Shown: in pieces, positions 51,956-64,000 of the stretch
Layout: the number at the start of each line of letters is the position of its first letter
How positions within the stretch are numbered: position 1 is the first letter of the stretch
Origin: Lama glama
Lineage: Eukaryota
Assembly (NCBI GenBank): GCA_028534125.1
Contig: CM052816.1
Coordinates: forward strand, 86,926,001 to 86,990,000
Reading direction: 5' to 3'
Length of the DNA stretch: 64,000 nucleotides
The notes under the pieces: model-generated
Seen by the model: only the letters and a program-made list of their open reading frames with translations
What the model was told of the DNA's origin: nothing
Databases searched by the model: none
Program-made: the position numbers and the translations under genes

Positions 51956-52578
51956 CTGAGAGAAATGAAATTTATGTATATTCATAAAAAGAAACTGGGT
52001 TGCTGCCACACTAAAGAAATAGGATGAACCATATCTGCAACTAGAGGATTCTCCATGGTGTAGGACCCTTAAATTTCCAATAGTAAAAATAACAAGTAAA
52101 TACATAAATATATAAAAAATACATAAACAAACTACAACAATAGTCAAAAAAGGCGTTTTCTTTCTACCAGAAGAAAAAGAATCCTCACCTGCTGAGGTCA
52201 TTGCTTAGAACAAAGAGAACATAAAATGTATAGTGTATTGTAGAAGTTGATAAACAAGTGGTAGTACATATAGAAATAACAATTCAGATATTAATTTCAT
52301 CCAAAGATGTCCTGCACACCTGGCTGCCCCTATTTAGACCTAAAAACAGACATTATTCCATGGTACCTAAATCAAATATCCCTAATATCTACACATTCCA
52401 GGCTTATGCTATGGCAATGTTCAGAAATTTGTAGATGAAATCATAGTTTTATGATTATTCTTTTAGTTCTAAAATATTTCAAAATGAAGGAAGGAATGAA
52501 GAAATTATAAATATCACATCTGGTTTCATGACCAATCACTGAATTGAGGACTGTATTTACTAAGGCCTATTAGCTACT

Positions 52579-52585
52579 ACACACA

Positions 52586-52633
<48 letters not shown>
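52579..52633. repeat. (AC)3 AG (AC)23 microsatellite
   Basis: Direct reading. Confidence 0.97.
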
Positions 52634-52634
<1 letters not shown>

Positions 52635-52989
52635 CCACGCACAGGGATCCATATATTTTTTTCTCCTCCTCAAATATTACTATAGTATACAATTTACTGT
52701 GTAGATTTATGTAACAGGGTTTTCAGTTTGGACCATGTCTGAATTGGAGGATATGACACAGCTCAGAAATGGATGGTGTGACTCTCTCCCAGTTATGGAT
52801 TCTAGGTTATGATTTTGTCATCTTCCATTTAAAGGAGAGTTAGGTAACGTCTTAATTAGTATAACAGATAGATGCTTCCTGTTAGGTGGACAAAGAGAGT
52901 GGTTGTTACTGTTACATTGAAATTGTATTCAAATGTTTATAGAAGGGTGTGTATGGATGCTGGATAGCCAAAGATATGAATCATTTCAA

Positions 52990-53575
52990 TTAGTAAGGTA
53001 CTGTCTCTTGGCCCGAAAATACATGAGTCTATGCTAAGCTTTATGATGCTGAGCTTAGATGTTACATGCCACATCTCTGCTTTTTCAGCTCTCTCCTTGT
53101 GAGGTTCTGTCAATAAAAAGCACCAGAGGAAGACTGCAGGTTGGAGAATGAAGGTATTTTCTCCTGCTGTTTGCTTCCTCTTGAATTCCTATCTATTTTC
53201 TGTTCCTCTGAGATTCACCTTTTCAATATTTCTTCACCTTGATCATTTCCTGTAGCGACAGAGCTTTTTAACACCAGCTCCTTGGCATGCCCTAAATAGA
53301 CTGATTTTCCACAGAGGCTCACTGGAGTTAAATTTCATCTCCACAGCATTACTTTTTGAGCTTCTAAGTTTTAATAATTCCAAAATCTTCCCTTTATTTC
53401 CCCTGCTCTTAGTTTGATCGCTGCTAGAAGCATGGGATACATTAGTGCTCTCGTTTTGTTTTATCACATTAACTAATTAATATCCATAAATCTAGTTAAG
53501 CATTCTTTTTATTAAATTCTCTCTGTTGAAATATCTTGAGTAATTTCTATTTCCTGACTGGACTCTGATTAATAA
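52990..53575 (+). mobile_element. ERVL solo LTR, LTR33-like
   Basis: ggttctgtcaataaaaagcaccagaggaagactgcagg ... attaaattctctctgttgaaat...tttctatttcctgactggactctgattaata. Confidence 0.75.
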
Positions 53576-54329
53576 ATATACCATATCTTTTATTTTTTAC
53601 TGTTTTCTGTATCCTTATATTTAAATGCATCTCTTTTAAGGAAACTTAGGGTATGGTTTTGATCATTTATTTAGTTTGAAGATCATTTTTTATTGGACAA
53701 TCAAATCTTACTGTAATCAATTTATGATTAATTTCATTATGCTTCGTTTCATGACCAACATAGTTTGGTTTAACATCAATTTTCTGAACAAATATTAGAT
53801 GAAAGGTAATGGAAATAAGGATATAGAGAATAGGTAGATAAGAAAAATAGAGATAGAAAATACTAGGCAAGTAGTGGGTGAAAATAATTTATTTTATGGG
53901 AATATATTGATTTTTTACCAGCTTAGAAAAAAATCTCAGTTTGTTCAAACTCTAATTTCTTCATCAACTTAAGATAACACTTACTTCAAATTGTTGCTGT
54001 TTGATATAAAAGAGAGATAATGTTTATAAAGTATATAACAGTGTTCAGAACATACAAAAGAAATTTGATATTAATCCTGTATTTGATTTTTCTATTTCCC
54101 CTCCATTTTTAATATACATAAAATTACAATAGCATGTAAAAAAGTTCAAAATACTTTTCTATGACCACTAAAAGGTAAATGTTACTCATTTCATTATCCA
54201 GTGCAACAGCATACATCTAGATAGGTAAAAAACAGATAATTTTTTAAAAATCCGTGATTTATCTCCCACATAAACCTTTGTAAGGACACATATTTATTTC
54301 TCTTTATCTGTATAAATAAATAATATTTC

Positions 54330-54990
54330 TCCATCAATTTTTAAATATATCAGGTAGTATCAAATACTATAAAACTATAGCAGAATATGGGAAAGAGAAA
54401 GTAAAACAATATTTGGCACTGGGAGATACCATTTTAGGTATTAAGTATGAGGTTCTGAGAAGGTCTCTCTGATACTGTGAAAGTTGAGAAGCCTCTTGAT
54501 TGACTTAAATGTTTCTTCCCGACTTATGAACTAATTACAGAATATGCATTTGAAGCTAGATATGAGAAAGACCTTTAATTATCCTGTAATAGGTGGTAGG
54601 AACATCGATCGAGACAATAATGATGGACAAAGTGATAAGCAGTCTAAGGATTTACTTTGAAGAGGAATCCTCAGATTTGTTCATGGATTCAGGGAAAAGG
54701 GGTCGAGGGTAACTCCAAAGTCTAGTAGTGATCAAAGAGAAGAAGAGAATCACCATCTAGTGAAATACAGCAGGCAGTGAGAGGAGCAGGGTTAGAATTA
54801 AGAGATAAGTTTGGGTTTGGTGGTTCTGTGAAATTGGGAGTTGTATTCTTACATAATTCTGCTATTCAGAGGAGAGGGCTGTATTGGCTGGAGATATATA
54901 AATTTGGAAGTTTAACTCATGTGAATGTAATTTAGTAAAATGGAATTCATGAACTGAATGTAAACACAGGAAAAAAAAAAGAGCAACCAA
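54330..54990 (-). mobile_element. L2 fragment
   Basis: gagaaggtctctctgatactgtga; tcagaggagagggct...gctggagatatataaatttggaagt. Confidence 0.65.
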
Positions 54991-56344
54991 TTAAATCAAA
55001 TACCTCAAGTAGAATGAAGGTGGACTATAGACAATAGGGTTTGGAAACGGGGATGCCGATTCTGGCCAAAACCAAAGACAGTATTTCTGTATGGATAATA
55101 AAATCACCAAGAATTAAATTACAATTAGTGTTGGAGAAAATAATCCAGGCACCTGTGATGTGGATTGACAAACTATGTTTAAGAAGAAAACTTGCTACTA
55201 TCTTAGTAATGCATTTTTATTGAAACATTTGTTAAATTTGTTAAAACAAGAGACAGATTTTTCAGCTAAAACAGAAATTTTTTTACATAAATACTGCTAA
55301 ATCACTTTGTCAATAGACTAATTCATTATTTTTCTGTCTATTACAAATGAGTTTCCCTTATAGTTGTTCTAAATATTAGTGAATATTCATGGATCTCTGA
55401 AATGCAGTTTTTTGTGTTTATACAAATGTGGAAAGTGAGGCATGTTATTTTCCTTGTAGTGGAAATGTTAAACACTCTACTCAAAAGAAAGGAAAAAAAA
55501 AAAAAACCTCATTTACTGTAACTTTAGCCCATAATTCTTGAAGCCAAAGTCTTAAAGTCAAAGCCAAAAATTTACAACACAGTCAACATTCTTTTTTAGC
55601 AGAAATTTAAAATATAATGTAGAATAGTGTCTGAGGAATGTTTATTTATGAAATGCTTTTCCAAAGATAAAAACCTGCTGCAATAACAATATTGGTTCAC
55701 AGACAGAATAATTATGGCAAAGACTAATTATTGACTTCTGGCACATGGATGAAAAAAGCAGTGGGCAAATATTGGCTGTCGTAGTATTGTTTTATTAGTC
55801 CTCCTCTTCATTATTGAGTTGTAATCTGAACTATAGGGATTTATGAACTACAGATTTACAGAGTGTCAGAATAACCTTTGTCAGGAAACTGCATCCACCA
55901 TCATAATTAGTTTGTCATTGTGAATTTACAGGACTTCGTATAATATTGAAATTTCTCTTCTTGCCTTAACAGATATACTGTCTTGAAATTAAACATGTCA
56001 AGCAAGGAATTCCCTCTCTAGTATAAAGTAAAATTTAGTTTAGACATTTTTATCGCATGAGAACTATGAATGCTATAAATTTAAGATATCTGACATAATC
56101 ACCCATTAAAGTGAGGTGGAGGCATATTGTTTAAGTTAAGGAAAATCACTGAATCCAATCCTAAAATGTATGTTAAGATGTAATCCACTCCAGTGTATTT
56201 CCTAGACATTTGAGCTAATATAATTTACTCTATTAACTGTCCCTTTTACAAGGTTACAAATCTCTTGACGTGGCTCTGCTGGGAATTTTGTTTGTCTGGA
56301 CAATTATTTCAATGTCCTTTTTGTTTATTCAATTTGCTTAAAAT

Positions 56345-56595
56345 GTATTAGTTTTAGTATCTATTCATGTGTACCAAATACTCTTCTAAGTGCTCATATG
56401 TTAACTTTCTAATTCTCAAAATAATCTTTTGAAGTGGATCTTACTCTTACTATGGTCTAGTCTGAACAGTTGAGTAAAAGCAAGTCATAGAACAGTTAAA
56501 TAATTTATCAAAAATGGAAAGCTAGTTTGTTTCAAAGTCTAAGTTTATACCCAGTTGTATAACTTCAAAACTTGGGCCCATAATGACTACATTAG
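56345..56595 (-). mobile_element. MIR
   Basis: atgtgtaccaaatactcttctaagtgct...taattctcaaaataatctttt. Confidence 0.55.
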
Positions 56596-56873
56596 TCCTA
56601 GTTTTATTCATAGTTTTATAACAAATTCACAATTAATCTGTGGTTAGTTATTTGTAGATAAAGAAACAATGGATCTTTCTACCAAGGAATTAAATCATTC
56701 CAGGGATAATAAAACTAATTTCATAATAATCTCATAGCAAGAATGAAATATATAGGAAATAGATCAAGGTAAGAAGATTGAAAAAAATTAGTAAATAATA
56801 GTCTCTAAAGTAGGCTTGCATTTTAGCATAGAAAGAGTTTTATTCAGTAATATTCCTAAATTAACATTTTTAC

Positions 56874-56961
56874 CTCAGTAGAAAGTAGGATTTTATCTGT
56901 ATTTCTAGAACTGTTTATCCAGCTGAAGCCAAATACACCACACAATGTGCTGGTGTATAAG
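56874..56961 (-). pseudogene. Exon-like segment, 88 nt, phase 2-0 (LYTSTLCGVFGFSWINSSRNTDKILLSTE)
   Basis: Acceptor tttcttacctctttag, donor GAG|GTAAAA; fully open frame. Confidence 0.55.
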
Positions 56962-58218
56962 CTAAAGAGGTAAGAAATATTTCCAAGAGCTCAGAGAGGA
57001 CATTGGAAATAAACATTTTTACATTCTCACTTAGAACTGACTTTCTAAAGTTTTTAAAATTGCAATGGGTAAGATATAGTTTAGTTTTATGTGAATCTAA
57101 ATTTTTGAAAAACCCATGCAATATGTTTGATGCAAGAAATTTAGTCCATAAGGTTAATTTATGTTAAAATATAGAGGAATGCTTTGATGATTTCAAAATG
57201 TATTTTGATAATCTTTCAGTTAATCCTAATTACAAATCCATTTAAATAACATTTTGTTGAGAAAGAACATAAATCTAGGGATTGTTTAAAATCCCCACAA
57301 TATCAGTGGGCATATTACAATAGCTGCAAAATCTAAAACAGTATTTTCCATAGGGTACAAATTCATTAATTATTTTAAAATGCATTTATAGGGAAATATG
57401 TATAAAATCTCATATCATATCCAAAATTTGATAGTGTGGCATTTGTATAATCTGTATTCTATAGTTTTCCCATTTGATCTAAACTTATTCCACCAAATTA
57501 TTATGTAGACAAAACTAATTACATGCTGCATCCTATCTCTGTTATATTTATTTTTATATTAAAAATGAGGTTTCAAAGCTTACAGCATATTTGACACCAA
57601 CAAAACTTGGGAGGAATGAAATTAATGTTTGTAGATGAATGCTAGTTTTGCATTGCAAATAGTAATTATATTAATAATATTCTAAGTAAGTAATATTAAT
57701 CCTCCAGTTTAAATCCTTCAAATTACATAGCAAATAAATTGAAATACGATGACAATGGATTTAACTAAATTTATAATAGCAGAGTAAGTGAATTATACTG
57801 TGAAGAAATAGTGATTTGGAAAAGTTTCAATGGGAATGTTTTGCAGAAACAAGTATTTCTAATGTCAATCCTAAAAAGCCACTTACAGAATTATATTTTT
57901 TATGAGTAATTTTTCTTCACATAGCTTAATCACCTAAAGAAAGGAGGATAATTTTGGTTAATTGAAAAATGGGTATAAAAAATGCTTCAAAATTAAGGAT
58001 AATAGGTTGCTTGTTTATTAAACTAGGGCTATAAATAGAAAAGTTAGTTTTTTATATTTTACAAATTGGTTATTCGTATAATGTAAAATATTTAATATTT
58101 AGTGATTTTTAATAATGAGGTTCTTAGGTCATTTCATTAAAAATAGTTTTCATTAAAAATTATCCTTTAAATTTTTGAACAATATCTTCTATGATTCGTA
58201 CCAGCTCTGTAACCATAC

Positions 58219-58258
58219 CTCTTTTTAATTTGTGTTCCAGGAATGCTAACAGAGAATC
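58219..58258 (-). pseudogene. Exon-like segment, 40 nt, phase 1-2 (FSVSIPGTQIKK)
   Basis: Acceptor actttcctacttcatag, donor GAG|GTATGG; open frame joins in phase to the 56874-56961 segment. Confidence 0.5.
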
Positions 58259-60054
58259 CTATGAAGTAGGAAAGTGTGTGCAACAGGCTAGAACTGCTCA
58301 AATAGCCCTCAGTCACATTAAGATAGGGACATTCAACGTTGAAAAAAGTTGCTTTTCTGCCTTTTATTTTTACTGACTTCCTATATGAATGGGATCTAAA
58401 CTATATGGAAATGGCATGCTTGCTAGTAGCACCCAGTTCTAGTTGTCATATTTTCAAAGGAAATAGAGAAAATAGTGATGATTCAATGGAAAAGAACCTA
58501 AATAATATGCTAAATAGATGTTGAGCTCTGTGACAAATGTGAAGGAATTGTTCACTAAAGAGAGAAAAAAATTTAGATATGATGAAATTGTGAAAATTTT
58601 CCATGGGGAAAAATTTGGTTGTTTCTCTCTAAGGATATAATTACCAGATGTGGGAAAATGGAGTTAATGTGGGAGAAATTTAATGTATAATATAATCAAT
58701 TAATTGACCATTCATATGTAAAAAAGTAAGTTGACTACAAAGGATATTTTCGAAGTTTCAACTTTTTTCCCCAAGAAACCAAAGAGTTTAAGTGTGCAAG
58801 ATAGTGCAGTGCTGCTAATGCTGATATTGCTCTTACTTTGATGATCACTGTAATTACTCCTTTTAAACTGACTCCAAAATTATTGCCTTGTAATAATATA
58901 TAAGGATATAATAATAATAATAATAAATAATATGTGAGGATATATACTTGTTAATTATCTAACATTGTAAATCTTTTCTCTCATAAGCTTCAACATAGGG
59001 ACCTGAAATTCCAAATGAGTTAATTATGCAGGCATAAATGGGCCTTGGAAAAGCGCCCCAGCATTTCTGGTGAACATTTTTAGCCCTTCACTGAAACCAC
59101 ACTCATTTATGCAGAGCCATTCTTCTGTTTAAGTTATGTGACTTCTCACAATTATAGGCTCTGGAAGAAATATTAGGAAGTATTCAGGGTCTCACAGGAT
59201 TCCATTCAAATCAATCAAATAATTACTGTTTTCCTTGGAACTACAGGCAATTTAAGTGATCCTCTAAGCAAAATTGTAAACAACTGTTAAATAAATCCAA
59301 ATATATTTACAAGAAGAATTCTAACCTACAGAAATAGGTTTATCTTCATATCAACTTATATTTTATCTTTCCCCAGGGAATACATGGATCCTTTTACTCT
59401 TTCCTATCTCAATTGGATTAAACATTTATGGCTCTTGTGAGATAGCTAAGTTGCACAAAACTGTATTCATTAAAACTTTAAATAGCATCTCATATATTGA
59501 TGAATTTCTCTTTCAAATATATGCCTGAAGAAACAGATGAAAGGTTAGTGATTTCACTGCTGCCCATTTCTAATGAGAGGTGGCTGAAATGTATTTTAGA
59601 TACTATAGAAGGACTGCCATTTAAAATAAAGGTTATTCCTATTAAGAAAATTTTATTAAATAGAAAAATGAATGATCACTTTATTTATAGTGTTTCCTCA
59701 CAAGTCACTAGTACTCATCACTACCACAGACATATTAATTTTCAAATTCTCAAATAACATTAGATCTTTTCATGATATTAGCCCAGAGAAAATTGTTAGT
59801 TAATTAATCAATGAAAGAGATACTAAAATAGAAAAATATTGAGAACATAGTGAATGTATAAGCCAAACAATAGGTAAAGTAGAGAAAAATAGCTCATGAA
59901 TCCCTCAAAAATGTGAGATTTTACAACTAAGGATCAACACATGTTAAACCATCTGTATAAATTTTTGTTGTTGTTGTTGAGAAAGTAATATCCTACTGTA
60001 AAGTTTTAATGTCTTCCTATAAAAATATTATTTTCATATAAACAGACCTGAAGT

Positions 60055-60405
60055 TCAGTTGTGGTTTGTCTGATCTTGGTAGGCTGATCTTGGTGGGTTC
60101 AGATTGACTCCATAAGTCTCATTTTGGGATCTGGGGAAGAGGAGTGTTGGTAGTGGCTATTTGGCATATGTTATTCTCACAATGGATCAACAGATTTCGG
60201 GAGCAAAAATTCATCATGTTAATCTCTTGTACATACTGGCATTCTATTGGCCAAAATCAACTCATACTGATATGAGCCCAGTATCAATGGGACAGAGAAT
60301 GATACTTGGCCCACAGTTGCAATCAATGAAAATTTTGCACCTCAGAGGAATGGGTGTAATACTACAAAGAAGAAAAACAGAAGGGGGTGATTATCCAACT
60401 TAGTA
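60055..60405 (-). mobile_element. Old MaLR LTR (MLT1H-K-like)
   Basis: cattctattggccaaaatcaactcat...gagcccagtatcaatggg. Confidence 0.6.
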
Positions 60406-61014
60406 TATCAATTCTATAACTAGTTTGAAAAGATAACTTAGAAGTAATCAGTTTCTAATTTCTTTCTATATATCCTTTCCTTAGTTTCAAAATTTGTAAA
60501 CTGTATAATTCTGTATCTTTTAAAGGAAATATATTTTTTAATTAATATGAGACCTAGAAATCAAATTAATGCCTTTTGTTTTCTTTTTTCTTTTTCTTTT
60601 CTTTTTTTTTGGTGACTTATTTCCCTACCCAGAATTCAGTCTATCAGGGTACTATAGCATTTTATGTATTAGCTTTAATTAATATGGAATACAAATATGT
60701 CTTAAATCCATATTCACCTTTATGGGAAAATGATATAAAGTTAAATTAGATTCATAGTAGAATAATCATAAATCTGTTTTATACTTAATGTCACAAAAAT
60801 ACATAATTATACCCACTTTCTATTGGTATTCCTACTTAACCTCTAAGATTACCCTGTGGAAGTGAAATAAAATTTACCAGAAGTATAATTATGACTGATT
60901 TAAACACAATTAATGTCTAAAATTCCTAACTGATACCAATATGAATTAAATTTAAAACAATAATTAAAAGCCTATATCGTCCTTGAAATTTTATTGGCAG
61001 TCGTTAAAACATAC

Positions 61015-61340
61015 ATTTGAATGTTCAGTGTAATTAGATCTTTAATTGAATTGCTTAAAAGTGAAAGCATATACAAATTCCTTAAACCTTTTAGACCGTC
61101 AATATTGAATTGAAAATACTATTTTTTATAGAAAGTTGAGCTCATGGAAAGCATTGCAAGTGAGATTCTTTCATTTGCAGTGATGTACTGGACACAAGAA
61201 AATTCAAATTTTGCCGTAGTTCTATTAGCTTATAAAGTGACCATGTGAAATGTTTCTTCGGAACAAGGAAATTGATCATTTCCACTCATGTCATCTATAC
61301 TGATCATCATTATGAAGAATTCCTCTCCATAATTTTTCAA
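61015..61340 (-). pseudogene. Exon-like segment with 2 stops in 108 codons, ending in an LRR-like motif
   Basis: LKNYGEEFFIMMISIDDMSGNDQFPCSEETFHMVTL*ANRTTAKFEFSCVQYITANERISLAMLSMSSTFYKK*YFQFNIDGLKGLRNLYMLSLLSNSIKDLITLNIQ. Donor AAT|GTATGT; the acceptor is weak. Confidence 0.45.
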
Positions 61341-62519
61341 CTTTAAGTATGAATAAATATTATATATAAGTATATACATTTAAATCCTTATAGAGTGACA
61401 GAATGATGTATGTCTTGCTGAGTCATGTGCAGTAACGGTATTTAGCTAAAGAAACAGTAGGCATGGACAGGTGTGTGTTGTCATGGTTGAATGTCTTGCT
61501 CAACAGACCATAAGAACAAATTAAAAGCTACATTTTACAATTTTAGTTATCACATTGATTTTTCAGGTTGGCAGCTGGCGGCACTCAGAGGAATCAGACA
61601 CACTTGTGTTCATTGTGTTAAAAAAAAAAAGTTCCACTTTCAGTAATCCTGTCCCAAAATCCAATGAATCTTACATGTAAATAAGGTAGAGAAATTATCT
61701 GTTAATTTTAAGAATTGACATGTAGTCTTTTGAAAACTTCTAGAAAAAATTTAAGGCAATTTGTTTCATAATTCACATTTAGAATGACACCACTAGTCCT
61801 TGGCTATCCCACAAGGTAGAGGTAACCCAAAGTTGTCATGTTCAGGATGAAGCCATCATATTTAGAGAATGTTATAGTGGTTATAATACAAAATTTGTCA
61901 TACACTTATGATTTTGTGTCCCAGTTAGCCAATAAGTCATTAAGTAAACTGGGAAGATATTATTACTTCTCTGTATTTGCTTATAACTGAAACAGTCCAG
62001 TTGTGCCAAGTAGAGCTGAGGATGAAGATTAAATATATTGAAATGTGTGAAGACTTTAATATGGTTTCTGGTACATGCAAAGACTACTGTTTATTTATTA
62101 GGTCAGTTTGACTACTGAGAGATTACTGAGAATTCATCACATACTAAGCCCTGCTGTAAGTTTTGAAAGGTGTATTCTTCAAAGATCTTTTTTTAATTAG
62201 TTACAATAATCATCACGTGAAATATGAAGGGAAGTCAGTTCCTACATTGACACGTTAAGTACTTTATGTGTGGTTTTGTTTATTGTTTTCAGTTATTCCA
62301 GAAAGTATGTATTCGTTTAACATTATAAACCAGTAAAATTTTCAATGTAGTAAACAGATTATATGTAAGTAAAGTAAATAGACACATACAGAGGGCATTG
62401 CTGACAGGAGCTCATTAATCTGACATAGCACCTGCTTTTCCAAATTTGGAAATCTATTACTCTGAATTCAGACTTGTTCAGCGTTTTTGAAAGAATAATA
62501 TGATTTGATTTCACAAAAA

Positions 62520-62670
62520 AATCATTTTTAACTTTTAATTCAATGTGTTAAAATTCATTATTATCATTCTTTTTGATGTTCAAATTGTCCCAAATTTGGC
62601 CAATATAAAGCTAATTCCAGCTGGTGCCAGAGTTCTTCTGTCATGTTCCCATCTGGTACTTTCAGAATAC
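62520..62670 (-). mobile_element. L1MC4/5-like 3' fragment
   Basis: ttttgatgttcaaattgtcccaaatttggcca...agctggtgccagagttcttctgtcatgttccca. Confidence 0.6.
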
Positions 62671-63487
62671 TTAACAGGCTAAATTTAAAGCTACACAGAG
62701 AAAAGTGTATCTTCCAACATGTTTAATACAGAAAGCAACATTTTGCCGTAGAAAGCAAAACTTAAAAGTAAGTGCCCCAGTGGCTGTGGATTGTTGAGAA
62801 TGCTGCAATGCTGTGATGAGAACAGTACTGACAATGACAGAACAGCACAGCTTAGAGTTAGGGCTGCTCTTACATTCACTTTTCTATCTAAAAATATTAT
62901 TTCCAACAAGGAATCTTGAAATACTCAAGAAAAAATACTTCATTTTAAGATCTATTTACTTTCCAAAATCTGAGTTCATGTTAGGTTTAAATAGCCACAT
63001 AGAGAAAATACATTTTTGCATTTTAGTTCTTCAATTAACTAAGATTGATTATAATATTGAATTATGCATTATTAAATTAGATTATGCTATAAGAAAATTA
63101 TATTGATATTTTGAAAGAGTGTATTGTTATAAATAATGTTTACCATGGCCACTTACATAAAGTAGGACTTTTTTCCTTAGCCTACTTAAAAATAAAATGA
63201 ATAAAAAGGCTCAGTGAAGTTCCACAAATATAGGTGTAAATTTTTTCTACACAGAACATTTAGTGTCATAAGTAATATCTCTTCAATATCCTATTTTTTC
63301 TTATTTTTCAAATGTCTATGAATTGTCTGAAAGGCTGTTCCACCAGAATCACCTAGACTCACACATGCAGCTGCATTTATCTGGTAGATGTGATAGAGCT
63401 GGAGGATCTAATATGACCTTACAGATAAGTATCATAAACCATAAAAATGAAAGTCAGGGGACAAATTTGGTACATTATCTCATTTAC

Positions 63488-63813
63488 TGTCTGTACACTC
63501 CAGGTGTCCCAATTTCCTGCAAAAGTTGTTGCAATCTGGGCATTTCTTGCAAAGGAGCTAAAGTAATTCCCTATGGTATTTTATTTTCTGTTGAGCTGAG
63601 TTCTGTTGCATTCTGTTTTACCCTGTTATGTTGTAGTCCAGTCAATTCTTCATTTTTGAAAAAAAAATCTGATGTGCAATCCACTAATTTAGATTCCTGC
63701 CTGACTAACACGCAACAGAAATCTGTTTAGCCAACACTAATATGAAGGAGGTATTCATCTTTCATATTCTTGTATGTACCCTCATTAAAGTTGTATGCTA
63801 CTTTTTAAAAGTT
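63488..63813 (-). pseudogene. Exon-like segment with 3 in-frame stops in 108 codons
   Basis: NF*KVAYNFNEGTYKNMKDEYLLHISVG*TDFCCVLVRQESKLVDCTSDFFFKNEELTGLQHNRVKQNATELSSTENKIP*GITLAPLQEMPRLQQLLQEIGTPGVYR. The start is the first AG after a pyrimidine tract; donor ACA|GTAAAT. Confidence 0.4.
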
Positions 63814-64000
63814 CTGGAGGCATATTGGTTTTACAGAGCCATTAAAGGAAAGAACAAAATGAAATTATTTAAGGCAATGGTGTATTGATTTAATATTATC
63901 CTGTTTTTACAAGTTCAAGTTGATATTATAGGAGGCTTAAAAAAATTGAATACTCTTACAAGGTCATGTGCTATTCTATTTCATTATAAGATCCCTATGC

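Larger units (their letters stand above)
6079..63813 (-). pseudogene. Candidate decayed multi-exon protein-coding gene (unitary pseudogene), identity unknown; may extend beyond both window ends
   Basis: More than a dozen non-repeat segments on the minus strand have polypyrimidine-AG acceptors and/or GT donors. Several junctions are phase-compatible, and long frames carry only isolated stops. The chain was assembled by eye without a homology search. Confidence 0.55.

Noticed and set aside
56909..56969. Plus-strand exon-like reading (tttctag|AACTG...AAGAG|gtaaga; LFIQLKPNTPHNVLVYKLK)
   Set aside because: It overlaps the minus-strand segment 56874-56961, whose acceptor is the complement of this donor. 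The minus reading has more phase-compatible neighbours. An antisense transcript is not strictly excluded.
63323..63730. Longest ORF in the track (135 aa, plus strand)
   Set aside because: TTG start and no recognisable motif; more plausibly the shadow of the minus-strand remnant or chance.
1..64000. CRISPR arrays, tRNA/rRNA genes, operons, intact transposase or RT ORFs
   Set aside because: None seen; this is mammalian DNA and all recognised elements are degenerate.

Overview
AT-rich, CpG-poor mammalian genomic DNA with no intact protein-coding gene that I can recognise. A large share is decayed interspersed repeats: L1 of several ages, HAL1, L2, MIR, MaLR/ERV solo LTRs, hAT and Tigger DNA transposons, and microsatellites. 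Repeat subfamily names are recalled from memory of consensus sequences and need RepeatMasker confirmation. The young L1 3' ends, and the absence of any ruminant, pig, whale, primate, rodent or carnivore SINE that I could recognise, suggest a camelid (inference). The main unexplained signal lies in the non-repeat DNA: a chain of minus-strand exon-like segments from about 63.8 kb down to about 6 kb. They have plausible splice sites, several compatible intron phases and long protein-like frames broken by isolated stops. This looks like a decayed multi-exon gene (unitary pseudogene) that I cannot name; splice sites and frames were chosen by eye, so it is a hypothesis. Smaller structures include a twin-primed L1, a solo poly(A) insertion, templated or inverted insertions, an apparently split LTR and a 95-bp tandem duplication.
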